Assembly (NCBI GenBank): GCA_038087875.1
Contig: JAXLNO010000055.1
Coordinates: 1 to 43,784, forward strand
DNA: 43,784 nucleotides
Reading direction: 5' to 3'
Source: Malacoraja senta
Lineage: Eukaryota
The position numbers and the translations under genes are program-made. Numbering within the stretch: the stretch's first letter is position 1; every line of letters starts with the position of its first letter. A model generated the notes under the pieces. The model was not told the DNA's origin. It ran no database searches and saw only the letters and a program-made list of their open reading frames with translations. This document shows, one piece after another, positions 11,455 through 22,860 of the stretch.

Positions 11455-11870
11455 GATGCTCTACATCGGTGCGACCAAGCGTAGGCTTGGCGATCGCTTC
11501 GCCCAACACCTCCGTTCAGTTCGCATTAACCAACCTGATCTCCCGGTGGCTCAGCTCTTCAACACCCCCTCCCATTCCCAATCCGACCTTTCTGTCCTGG
11601 GCCTCCTCCATGGCCACAGTGAGGCCCACCGCAAATTGGAGGAGCAGCACCTCATATTTCGCTTGGGTAGTTTACATCCCAGCGGTATGAACATTGACCT
11701 CCAATTTCAAGTAATCCCTGCTTTCTCCCTCCTTCCCCTCCCTTCCCAGCTCTCCCACAGCCCACTATCTCCCCCCCCCACACCCACATCAGTATGAAGA
11801 AGGTGGCCTATTTCCTTCACTCCATAGATGCTGCCTCACCCGCTGAGTTCCTCCAGCACTTTTGTCTACC
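11455..11870 (+). mobile_element. Penelope-like element 3' end (GIY-YIG C-terminus plus decayed pLTR)
   Basis: LYIGATKRRLGDRFAQHLRSVR...EEQHLIFRLGSLHPSGMN. Confidence 0.9.
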
Positions 11871-12301
11871 GTCAGTTAACATACTGATTGTCCTGACCTT
11901 AGCTCATTGCAGCACTCAGAAACCACCAGCAGGAAACCACTAGTGAGCACAGGTACCTTCATTATCCATGTATCCCGTTGGGCCAGGTTGCCATCTAGTG
12001 TCAGAATTATTCACATATTAATTATCCGTACCTTTTGTACCCGGTTATGTACGGAGCCAAGAAGTCTCGACCTTTGTGTAATATAAAGTATAGATTCTGT
12101 CATTTACATATCAATCCACCTCACCCTTGTACTTCCTTACTCATTCTCTTTTTGGTGGAAAATGCTCTGCTGTACAACTTAATTTTATATTTGGGCTCAC
12201 AGCCCTTCACTGTGACACTTCTCTCCTTGTGCCAGTAAACTCACTGCTGACGGTGAATCAAGTCGTCCACGAGTCTTATTGAAGAGTTTGTCTTCCACAC
12301 C

Positions 12302-12740
12302 CATGATGAGCGTTTGACGGCACTGGGCCTGTACTCACTGGAGTTTAGAAGAATGAGGGGGGGACCTCATTGAAACATAGAGAATTGAGAAAGACTTGGA
12401 TAGAGTGGATGTGGTGAGGATGTTTCCACTAGTGGGAGAGTTTAGCACTAGAGGCCATAGGCTCAGAATAAAATGCTGTTTTTTGGGAAAGATATGAGAA
12501 ATATCTTTATTCAGAGGGTGGTGAATTTGTGGAATTCCTTTCCACAATAGAGGCCAAGTCAGCGGATATTACTAAGGCAGAGATGGATAGATTCTTGATT
12601 TGTACAGGTGTCAGAGTTTAGGGGGAGAAGGCTGGAGAATGGGGCAATGAGGGAGAGATAGATCAGCCATGATTGAATGGTGGAGTAGACCTGATGGGCC
12701 GAATGGTCTAATTCTAATGCTATCACTGATGACCTTATGA
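12302..12740 (+). mobile_element. CR1 3' end
   Basis: atgatgagcgtttgacggcactgggcctgtactc... through tail gggccgaatggtctaattct...atgaccttatga. Confidence 0.85.
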
Positions 12741-12741
12741 C

Positions 12742-13085
12742 ATATCCTTCCTGTACTCCATCCCGTTATTGGTCGTGATTCATCCCACCACAGTGTTGTC
12801 ATTAGCAGACTTGTAGATGGAATTAGAGCCACATTTGGCCTTGGTGTCATGTGTATAGGGAGTGTATTAGAGGACTGAGAACGCATCCTTGCGGGGCACC
12901 AGTGTTGATGATTATTGCGGATGAGATGCTGTCACCTATCTTCACCGATTGGAAGGGCCAGATTGTTTTAGATCCAGTGGTAGAGGGTGGAGCTGATTCC
13001 TAGTTCCAGCAGTTTGGAGATCAGTTTGGATGGGATTATGGTGTTGAAGGTGGCGCTATTGCGGATAGATAGGAGTCTAACGTAC
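12742..13085 (-). mobile_element. Rex1/Babar RT fragment
   Basis: Minus strand reads [13 protein letters not shown]...YTHD...KSANDNTVVG. Confidence 0.8.
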
Positions 13086-13159
13086 GACAATTCCTAACGT
13101 AGCAATTCCTGGTATTGAGGGAGTGCAGCATAGGGTCACCAGGTTAGTCAAATCTGCTT

Positions 13160-14027
13160 AACCTTATCCGCTGCCTCGAGGATATAAAGTGTTGGATGGC
13201 CCAGAACTTCCTCCAACTAAACGAGAGTAAGTCTGAGGTCATCCTTCTCGGCCCCTCGGACTCAATCAAAATGATAGCAGGCAGCCTTGGAAGCCTTACC
13301 CCACTACTCAAACCTCACGTCAAAAACCTTGGCGTGATATTTGACTCAGCACTGAAATTTGACAAACAAGTCAATGCCGTGGTAAAAGCTAGCTTCTTCC
13401 AGTTTCGGACGATAGCTAAAATAAAACAATTCCTCCAGTTTGATGACCTCGAAAAGATCATCCACTCATTTATTTCCTCCAGCCTAGATTACTGCAACTC
13501 CCTTTACACTGGCATCAGCTAATCTTCCCTGTCCCCCCTGATCCTGGCCTCTCTCCACTGGCTTCCTGTGCAGTTCCGTATAAACTTCAAGATCCTCCTT
13601 TATGTCTAAAAAGCCCATAATGGGCTTTCCCCCACCTACATCAAAAGTTTGCTTACCCGCCACACCACCTCCAGGTCCCTCAGATCGGCCGACTTGGGGT
13701 TGCTGAATACCCCGCAGTCTAGGCATAAGCTCAGGGGCGACCGCGCTTTTGCGGTTGCAGCTCCTAGACTGTGGAACAGCATCCCTCTTCCCATCAGATC
13801 TGCTCCCTCCATCGACTCCTTTAAGTCGAGACTTAAAACTCATCTCTACTCCCAAGTCTTTCTTGACGTCCTCTGAGCGAGTGCTATATGTATGTAGTGA
13901 TGTTTGTATTTAATCTATGAACCATTGTTGTATAACGTTAGTACCTCCACCAATGTAAAGCACTTTGGCCAACGAGAGTTGTTTTTTAAATGTGCTACAG
14001 AAATAAAAGTGAGTTGACTTGACGACT
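13160..14027 (+). mobile_element. L2 LINE 3' end
   Basis: WMAQNFLQLNESKSE, KNLGVIFDS, LDYCNSL, GDRAFAVAAPRLWNSIP; L2-type tail gtaaagcactttg...aaatgtgctacagaaataaa with gactt repeats. Confidence 0.9.
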
Positions 14028-14335
14028 TCATTCCCTGGATGGCTTGATTGACAAGTGATGAAAGAATGGGTCGACTGGACTGGAAATTAGACGGATGAGA
14101 GTGGATCTTTTGGAAACATATATAATTCTTAAAAGATTGGACAGGCTAGATGCAGGAAATATATTCCCGATGTTGGGGGAGGCCAGAAACAGGGGTCATG
14201 GTTTAAGAATAAGGGGCAGGCCATTCAGGACCGAGATGAGGAAAAACCTTTTCACCCCGAGAGTTGTGAAGCTGTGGAATTGTCTGTTGCTGCAGAAGGC
14301 AGTGGAGGCCAACTCGCTGGATGTTTCAAAGAGAG
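14028..14335 (+). mobile_element. CR1 ORF2 C-terminal fragment
   Basis: LDRLDAGNIFPMLGE...FRTEMRKNLFTPRVVKLWN. Confidence 0.85.
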
Positions 14336-14990
14336 AGCGACGGGGAGGGGGGGGGGCAGCAAGAAGGGGAGAGTGCGGGGAGGTGAAGGGGGAGGGGCAG
14401 AGGGAGGGGGTGACGGAGGGACTGAGGTGGTAAGGGAGTGTGAGAGGATGGGGCAGAGAGAAGGGGTGGGGGAGAGGGAGGAGGAGGGAGGGGGAATGGG
14501 GGGGACAGGTGGAGGGAGGGGGAGAAGGACGGACGGACGGGCAGAGAGGTGGTCAGAGTGTGGGTCAGAAGGGGCAGGTGGCGGGGGCCTGAGGGACGGC
14601 ACTGGGTGGGAGGAAGTGGCGAGGGAGAGCGGAGGAGGAGCAGGGTCAGAGGGAGTGGAGTTGGAGGAGGGAGGTAGGGTGGGAGAGAGGGGGGAGGAGG
14701 CGAAGGTGCAGAAGGGTAGGGTGGAGAGGAAGGGGGTGGGACAGGGAGAGGAAGAGGGAGGGGGAGAGGTAGTGGGGAGAGGGAGGGGGAGAGAGAGGTG
14801 GGAGAGGGAGGTGGGAGAGGGATTCGTAGTCGCAGGTGTAGAGGGAGATAGAGATGGAGGAGGAGAGGGATAGAGGGAGGGGAGGGGGAGATGGAGGGGG
14901 AGAGAGAGGTGGGAGAGGGATGTGGGAGGGAGAGGTGGGAGGGGTGGGGGAGAATGAGGGGGAGAGGTAGTGGGGAGATTGAGGGGGGAC
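14330..14990 (+). repeat. G/A-rich low-complexity polypurine tract
   Basis: Direct reading: runs of ggg/gagagg with very few pyrimidines. Confidence 0.9.
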
Positions 14991-14999
14991 ACAAACATG

Positions 15000-15775
15000 T
15001 TCCCCACTACCGATGTCAGGCTAACTGTCTATGATGCCCTGTTTTCTCTCTCCATCCTTTCATAAACTGTGACGTTACATTAGCTCCCCTCCAGTCCATG
15101 GGAACTGATCCAGAGTCTATAGAACATTGGACAATGATCACCAATGCATCCACGATTTCTAGGGCCACCTCCTTGAGTACTCTGTGATGCAGGCCATTCG
15201 GCCCTGGGGATCTATCTGCCTTCAGTGTCAACAGTTTACCTACATTTTCCTGACTAGAAAAATAGAAATAAAGAACCATAGAAAATAGGTGCAGGAGTAG
15301 GCCATTCGGCCCTTTCAGTCAGAACGGCCATTCAATACTATCATGGCTGATCATCCAAGATCAGTACCCCGTTCCTGCTTTTTCCCCATATCCCTTGATT
15401 CCCTTAGCCCTAAGAGCTAAATCTAACTCAATCTTGAAAACATCCCGTGGTTTGACCTCCACTGCTTTCTGTGGCAGAGAATTCCACAGATTCACATCTC
15501 TCCGGGTTAAAAATGTCTTTACTTGTCTCAGTCCTAATTCTTAAACTGTGACCCTGGTAATTTACTCCTCACCCTCCTGCGCTCCAAGGAATAATGTCCT
15601 GTCCTGCCCAATCTCCCTCTATAGCTCAGACCCTCGTATCCTAGCAACAGCCTCGTTAATCTTCTCTGCACCCTTTCCAGTTTGACAACATATTTGCACG
15701 GTGACCAAAACTGAACACAATACCCTAAATGTTGTACTCGCTTGTACTCGCTAGAATTTAGAAGATTGAGGGGGG
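15000..15775 (-). mobile_element. Mosaic of CR1 fragments
   Basis: LKADRSPGPNGLHHRVLKEVALEIVDAL (ORF 15016..15279), CR1 tail at 15270-15560, further C-terminal scraps. Confidence 0.8.
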
Positions 15776-15804
15776 TTCCACAAATTTGTGTTTATCTTCA
15801 CTCT

Positions 15805-15962
15805 GACAATTGAGGAGACCTTGGACAGAAAGGTCAGTGTGGGAATTGGGAGGAGAATTAAATTGTTTAGCAACTGTGAGAGCAGGTAGGTCCAGGCAGA
15901 CTGAGCGAAGGTGTTCAGCAAAACGATCGCCCAGTCAACGTTTAGTCTCACCGATGTAAAAG
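15805..15962 (-). mobile_element. Penelope GIY-YIG fragment
   Basis: Minus strand tacatcggtgagactaaacgttgactgggcgatcgttttgctgaacac = YIGETKR*LGDRFAEH. Confidence 0.8.
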
Positions 15963-16040
15963 AGTCTATCATTTAGACTCCATCATTTACTGAGCTCATG
16001 ACATAGCAAAGCATCACCTGAGACTTGTCACAGTTCCTCT

Positions 16041-17259
16041 GCAGGGGAGAACCAGTGGATGTGTTATATCTGGACTTCCAGAAGGCTTTCGACAAGGTCC
16101 CACATGAGAGATTAGTATACAAACTTAAAGCACACGGTATTGGGGGTTCAGTATTGATGTGGATAGAGAACTGGCTGGCAAACAGGAAGCAAAGAGTAGG
16201 AGTAAACGGGTCCTTTTCAGAATGGCAGGCAGTGACTAGTGGGGTACCGCAAGGCTCAGTGCTGGGACCCCAGCTATTTACAATATATATTAATGATTTG
16301 GACGAGGGAATTGAATGTAACATCTCCAAGTTTGCAGATGAAACTAAGCTGGGGGCAGTGTTAGCTGTGAGGAGGATGCTAGGAGGCTGCAAGGTGACTT
16401 GGATAGGCTGGGTGAGTGGGCAAATGCATGGCAGATGCAGTATGATGTGGATAAATGTGAGGTTATCCACTTTGGTGGCAAAAACAGGAAAGCAGACTAT
16501 TATCTAAATGGTGGACGATTAGGAAAAGGGGAGATGCAACGAGACCTTGGTGTCATGGTACATCAGTCATTGAAAGTATGCATGCAGGTGCAGCAGGCAG
16601 TGAAGAAAGCGAATGGTATGTTAGCATTCATAGCAAAAGGATTTGAGTATAGGAGCAGGGAGGTTCTACTGCAGTTGTACAGGGTCTTGGTGAGACCACA
16701 CCTGGAGTATTGCGTACAGCTTTGGTCTACAAATCTGAGGAAAGACATTATTGCCATAGAGGGAGTGCAGAGAAGGTTCACCAGACTGATTCCTGGGATG
16801 TCAGGACTTTCATATGAAGAAAGACTGGATAGACTCGGCTTGTACTCGCTAGAATTTAGGAGATTCAGGGGGGATCTTATAGAAACTTACAAAATTCTCA
16901 AGGGGTTGGACAGGTTAGATGCAGGAAGATTGTTCCCGATGTTGGGGAAGTCCAGGACAAGGGGTCACAGCTTAAGGATAGAGGGGAAATCCTTTAGGAC
17001 CGAGATGAGAAAAACGTTTTTCACACAGAGAGTGGTGAATCTCTGGAACTCTCTGCCACAGAGGGTACTTGAGGCCAGTTCATTGGCTATATTTAAGAGG
17101 GAGTTAGATGTGGCCCTTGTGGCTAAGGGGTTCAGGGGGTATGGAGAGAAAGCAGGTACGGGATACTTAGTTGGATGATCAGCCATGATCATATTGAATG
17201 GCGGTGCAGGCTCGAAGGGCCGAATGGCCTACTCCTGCACCTAATTTCTATGTTTCTAT
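16041..17259 (+). mobile_element. Young 5'-truncated CR1 LINE (RT plus C-terminus, one frameshift)
   Basis: ORFs 16025..16507 ([30 protein letters not shown]) and 16399..17178; tttctatg tail. Confidence 0.95.
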
Positions 17260-18615
17260 TGTATTGTATTGTATTGTATTGTATTGTATATCTTTATTGT
17301 CATTTCCTGAGTATTCACATACCCAGAGGAAACAAAAAAACGTTCCTCAGCCAGTGTCCATTTCAGTGTGCAGTAAAAAATAAATAGAAGTAAAAATACA
17401 TATATCATGAACAAATTAACACTCTACTCTCTACTAAACATCAACAGGCGTTCCGATCGGCAGCGGCACGACAGTGGCTCTGCTGCAGTGTGTCCAGGTT
17501 GGTGGTTGGTGCACGATACTTTGGCAGGGGGCAAAGTCCGTTTATCAGTCTTATAACCTGCGGGAAGAAGCTGAGGAGCATCCTGCTGGTTTTGCACCTA
17601 ATGCTCCGGTAACTCTTCCCAGATGGCAGGATGGATAATATATGATGCGATAGGTGGTAGGGGTCTTTGATGATGGAGATGGCTCTGCTGATACATCTCT
17701 TCCTGTATATGTCCAGCAGGAAAGGGAGTGGAGCACCAATAATCCTGCTGGCGGTCTTCACAATCCTGTCTAGTTGGTGCCGTTCGTACGCCTTGCAGCT
17801 CCCGAACCAGGAAGTGATGCCGTAGGTTAATGTGCTCTCGATTGTCCCCCTATAAAAAGTTCGTAGGTGTGTAGTGGGGAGACCTGCTTTACGTAGTCTT
17901 CGGAGAGGGTGTAGTCGCTGCTGGGCTCTCTTGACCAGTGCTGTGGTGTTGGTCGTGGACGTCAGGTCATCTGACAGGTGGAGTCGTAGGAACCTCACGC
18001 TGTTGACCCTTTCCACATCAGCTCCATCGATGTGCAGAGGTGTATGGTGTTGTTTTCCCGCCCTCCTGAAGTCAACCACCATCTCCTTAGTTTTTCCCAC
18101 GTTGAGAATGAGGTTGTGGGATTTGCACCATCCTGTGAGCAGCTCCACCTCCATCCTGTACGCCGACTCATCATTGTCACTGATGAGACCCACCACTGTT
18201 GTGTCATCAGCGAACTTGTTGATGAAGTTGTTGTTGAGTCTAGCAGTACAGTCGTGTGTTAGCAGACTAAACAGCAGGGGGCTTAGGACACAGCCTTGGG
18301 GCGAGCCAGTGCTCACGGCTATGGTTTTTGATGTCCTACTGCCCACCCTGACTGTCTGCTGCCGTTGCGATAGAAAGTTCAGGACCCAGTTACATGTGCC
18401 AGCATCAACCCCCAATAGCTCCAACTTCTCCACCAGCTGCTGCGGAATGATTGTATTAAAAGCAGAGCTGAAGTCTATGAAGAGGATCCTGGCATAAGTA
18501 TTTTTCCGATCAAGGTGTGACAGTACGAGGTTCAGTGTTGTTGAGACTGCGTCCTCTGTGGATCGGTTGGATCGGTAGGCGAACTGCAGTGGGTCTAGGT
18601 CGGCAGGTAGACTAT
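17260..18615 (-). mobile_element. Young 5'-truncated Rex1/Babar LINE inserted in the CR1 tail
   Basis: (tacaa)n tail at 17260-17290; tttctat duplicated at 17253-17259 and 18616-18622; open RT frame. Confidence 0.9.
17441..18615 (-). CDS. Rex1/Babar reverse transcriptase, N-terminally truncated
   Basis: LDPLQFAY...[11 protein letters not shown] upstream of ORF 17441..18433 ([31 protein letters not shown]). Confidence 0.85.
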
Positions 18616-18777
18616 TTTCTATGTTCCTCAGCTGTCTTTTGGGGAACCTACAGAATCCGGTCAGAATGAATGCACCTTTCCTATTGAATGCTATGCCTAT
18701 GTACTGAGGTACAGTGTCAAGCTTTGCTTTGCATGCTTTTTAATCAGATATGTCTATACAACAAACTCAATGAAAGC

Positions 18778-19360
18778 TTTTTTTCAAGAGGGCTTGTATA
18801 CAAAAACAAGGATGTAACGTTAAGTCTCTATAAGGCTCTGGTCAGGCCACATTTGGAATATTGTGAGCAATTTTGGGCACCATATCTGAGGAAGGTTGTG
18901 CTGGCTCTGGAGAGAGTTCAGAGGAGGTTTACAAGAATAATCTCAGGAATGAGTAGGTTAACCTATGATCAGTGTTTATCGGCGCTGGGCCTGTACTCGC
19001 TGGAGTTTAGATGAATAAGTGGGGACCACATTGAAACGTACAGAATAATGAACAGCTTGGATAGAGTGGATGGGGAGAGGATGTTTCCACTAGTGGAAGA
19101 GTTTAGGACTAGATGTTATAGCCTCATAATTAAAGGATGTTCAATTAGGAATGTGTTGAGAATACATTTATTTGGTCAGAGGGTGGTGAATCTGTGATTT
19201 GTTTTGCCACAGAAGGCTGTGGTGGCCACCAGTGGATATACTTAAGGCAGAGATAGATAGATTCTTGATTAGCACAGATGTCAGAGGATATGGGGAGAAG
19301 GCAGAAGAAAGACTTGCTGGGCTGAAAGGCCTAATTCTACTCCTATTATTATGACCTTAT
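18778..19360 (+). mobile_element. CR1 3' end inserted into the duplicated block
   Basis: LYKALVRPHLEYCEQFWAPYLRK; absent from the paralogous segment at 2620-2680. Confidence 0.85.
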
Positions 19361-19697
19361 TATAATCAAGTCAATCTCAAGGACAATATGTGGAGTAAGG
19401 TGCAGGATACAGATTGCAGAATGTATCTCTCAGCATTGTAACACATCAGTTCCAAAGATGCAGTCTATGGGAACATTGAACATTCATGTGTAATTCATGT
19501 TTACAGGGATATGGGTCAAACACAGGCTGGTAGTACGAGTGTATGGGGCATGGACAAGTTGGGCCAGAGGGCCTGTTTCCATGCTGTATGACTCTATGTC
19601 TGAAGCCCCCACCCCCTGCACCAGCTCCTGAGTCACCTACTGATCTACACTGTCTTCCTCTTTCTTGTCTCTTGAACACGGGGCACAGGTAGTGTGA

Positions 19698-19825
19698 TCC
19701 CTTATCTCCATGTCTCCCTCTCCCCTGACTCTCAGTCTGAAGAAGGGGCTTGTCCCACTGAGTTACTCCAGCATTTTGTGTCTACCTTCGGTTTAAACCA
19801 GCATCTGCAGTTCCTTCTTACACAG
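19698..19825 (+). mobile_element. Penelope pseudo-LTR fragment
   Basis: cagtctgaagaagggg...ctgagttactccagcattttgtgtctaccttcggtttaaaccagcatctgcagttcc. Confidence 0.75.
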
Positions 19826-19904
19826 ATTGAGATTATAAGACTGGAGTTACTTTTTAACCACCTGTCTCACTCCCTGCCTCATCTCCCTCCCTACCTGTGT
19901 CAGT

Positions 19905-21008
19905 GCTAGTAATATGGACTATGACCTCTGGCTGCTCACCTCCCCCTTTCAGAATAGAAACAAAGAAACACAGAATATAGGCGCAGGACAAGGCCATTCG
20001 GCCCTTGAGCCAGCACCACCATTCAATATGATCATGGCTGATCATCCAAAATCTGTACCCCGTTCTTGCTTTCTCCCCATCTCCCTTGATTCCGTTAGCC
20101 CTAAGAGCTATATCTAACACCCTCTTGAAAACATGAAGTAAATTGGCCTCCACTGCCTTCTGTGCCAGAGAATTCCACAGATTCACAGCTCTCTGGGTGA
20201 GAAAGGTTTTCCTCATCTCAGTCCTGAATTGCCTTCCCCTTATTCTTAAACTGTGATCCACCCCCCCCCCCTGGTTCTGGACTCCCCCAACATTGGGAAC
20301 ATTTCTCAAGCATCAAGCCTGTTCAATCCCTTAAGAAACATATATGTATCTTTCATATTCCCTCTCATCCTGAATTCCAGTAAATAGAAGCCCAGTCGAT
20401 CCATTCTTGCATCATATGTCAGTCTCGCCATCCCGGGAATTAACCTGATGAACCTACGCTGCACTCCCTCAATAGCAAGAATGTCCTTCCTCAAATTAGG
20501 AGACCATAAAGCACACAATACTCCTGGCATGTTCTCACCAGGGCCATGTATAGGAACAGCCTACTCCTATAGTCAAATCCACTCGCTATGAAGGCAAACA
20601 TGCCATTAGATTTCTTCTCTGCCTGCTGTACCTGCATGTTTACTTTTAGTGGCTGATGTACAAGGATACCCAGGCCGCGATGCACCTGTCCTTTTCCAAA
20701 CCTGATACCATTCAGATAATAATCTGCCTTCTTGTTCTTGTCATCAAAGTGGATAACCTCACATTTATCCACATTACACTGAATCTTCCATGCATCTGCC
20801 CACTCACCCAACCTATCCGTCAACCTGCAGCCTCATAGCATCCTCCTCGCAGCACACACTGCCACCCAGCTTTGTGTCATATACAAACGGAGATGTTACA
20901 TTTAATTCCTTTGACTACATTGTTAATATCTATTGTCAATAACTGGGGTCCCAGCACTGAGCCTTGTGGCACTCCGCTAGTCACTGCCTGCCATTATGAA
21001 AAGTACCC
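19905..21008 (-). mobile_element. CR1 (RT to tail) plus esterase scrap; duplicated-block copy B
   Basis: ORFs 19854..20309, 20306..20530, 20491..20823. Confidence 0.85.
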
Positions 21009-21102
21009 AATGTCCTGTGTCCGCTCAGATCTGGCACCAGATAGGCAACACATTGTACTGTAGTCTCACCCATGGCCGCAGAAACAGCAGAGTCCCCATC
21101 AC

Positions 21103-21444
21103 TATTTGAGCAATTTTGGACACCATATCTGAGGAAGGATATGCTGGCTCTGGTAAGGGTCCAGAGGAGGTTTACAAGAACGATCCCAGGAATGAGTAGG
21201 TTAACCTATGATGAGCGTTTGTCCGCACTGGGCCTGTACTCGCTGGAGTTTAGAAGAATGAGGCGGGACCTCATTGAAACGTACAGAATAGTGAAAGGCT
21301 TTGATAGAGTGGATGTGGAGAAGATGTTTCCACTAGTGGTTGAGTCGAGGACTAGAGGGCCTAGCCTCAGAATTAAAGGATGTTCATGTTGGAAGGAGAG
21401 GAGGAGGAATTTCTTCAGTCAGAGGGAGGTGAATCTGTGGAATT
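21103..21444 (+). mobile_element. CR1 C-terminal fragment; target of DIRS insertion, resumes at 26152
   Basis: ...RNFFSQREVNLWN | DIRS | ctttgccacagaaggctgtggaggcc. Confidence 0.9.
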
Positions 21445-21659
21445 TTACTTCGGAGTCACGTGAGTGACTACGTGAAGAACCCCGTCAGGGCGCATGCGCG
21501 TCATTACGTCTGACTAAATTGGCGAGAACGGCAGCGGTAGCACGGAGCTCCTGCTGCACGTGAGTAATTACAGCTCCACCAAAGTCGGGGAGACTTTGGA
21601 GGAGTTAGAGAAAAGTAAAGACATTGTTTCTGTGTGTTTTTTCCCCCACATACAGGAAC

Positions 21660-22834
21660 AAGGAAAAGGTGCAGGTCTGCTGCCGACAAGGAGAGAGAGA
21701 GCTGCGGGACGCAGTCTCTGAAAGGCAGCCTGTCACCTCGGGGGAGTCGCAAGCCGGTAGCGGTGCGGCGACAGACTTGGCAAAGTGCCCAGCCGGGTAC
21801 ACAGCCAACGCCAGTCGGGCGGTAGGCATAACCCAAGTCTGTCAGTGCTATAGACTCTGCAGAGTCGGGCCACGAGAGTCCCGTCGGCGACAGGATACCG
21901 TTCCCCAGCGGTTATCCAAAAGGAGCAGCTCATATAGGGGTTGCTCCACAGAGACGCTCCAGGAGGAGTAGTGCAGGCGGGAAGCCTTAGGGAAGACTCC
22001 GCTGGCAGTGCCTAGGAGAGGCCTGCTTCACAAAGCCACACTCCAGGAGGAGTTGTGTGGGCGGGAGGCCGTGGGGAAGGCTCCGCCGGCAGTGCCTAGT
22101 AGAGGCCTGCTTGAAAGCTCCCTCTTTGCAAGAGGTGAGTGCAGAAGGGCAGATATACGTTCTGACCCTGAGTCCGACGACTTCCAAAGGGAGGGCAGGC
22201 AGCTGTCAGAGCTGACACCGTGTGCAGCACGGTTTGCCATGTCGTCGGACGCTGGTGAGCCTCTGGGTGAGGAACTTGTCACCAGCATAAATTACCAAGT
22301 CTCACATCAGCTACAGGAGCTGACAATGGATGAGACAGTAACAATGTATGAAGCCCCAATCAACTGTGGACTGTTAAAAGTTCCTGTTGGGAACAGGAAG
22401 AATTGGGGCAAGATGGGCATACTAATGAAAGCCCAGGAGCATGTGAAGCTCCAGCATATTTTTAAAGTTGCTGGCATCTGGTATAACGAGCTTTGCCAGG
22501 ATGGTGGATGGAGAGGCCATGACAAATTACAACAAAAGGCGCTATTGTGGAGTGCCCACTTTGAGATCAACTGCCTCCGCAAGATGCGATTAGACCAACC
22601 ATCAATGCTAAATATGCTTCACTCTGCCAGCCTGGCGCAGTGCAACCGGCACAGCTGTTTGGCGAGGATTTCGCACAGCAGGTGAAGGAGCTGGAGGAGG
22701 AGGCTAAGACGGCAGCCACACATTCACCAAAGCGGAAGTATACCTATAAGGGAGCAGACTGGTCCGGGCAAGGGACGAGTCCAGCTACGATGCAGCGCAG
22801 TTGGCGTTCGGCTGTAGCACCGCCACGGAGGTGA
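21660..22834 (+). pseudogene. DIRS gag-like ORF1 (disrupted)
   Basis: GEPLGEELVTSINY...PINC...AHFEINCLRK aligns with GEPLEEELAANINY...PINC...AHFEINCYRK in DIRS-B. Confidence 0.75.
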
Positions 22835-22860
22835 GATATCCAGCTCAAGGCCGGGGAAGA

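Noticed and set aside
10121..11509. 462-aa His/Thr-rich ORF and the Cys/Val-rich ORFs opposite
   Set aside because: Translations of the (TG)n microsatellite
12200..12800. cactgtg/cacagtg heptamers as immunoglobulin or TCR recombination signals
   Set aside because: No nonamer at 12 or 23 bp spacing and no V/D/J-like coding segments
14252..15007. Pro/Ser-rich and Gly/Glu-rich ORFs (also 26984-27379, 31247-31946)
   Set aside because: Products of polypurine low-complexity DNA
17874..18497. 207-aa plus-strand ORF
   Set aside because: Antisense shadow of the Rex1 RT frame
21072..21467. ATG-initiated 131-aa ORF conserved in the inverted copy
   Set aside because: Chance ATG in the spacer running into a CR1 fragment; conservation reflects the duplication
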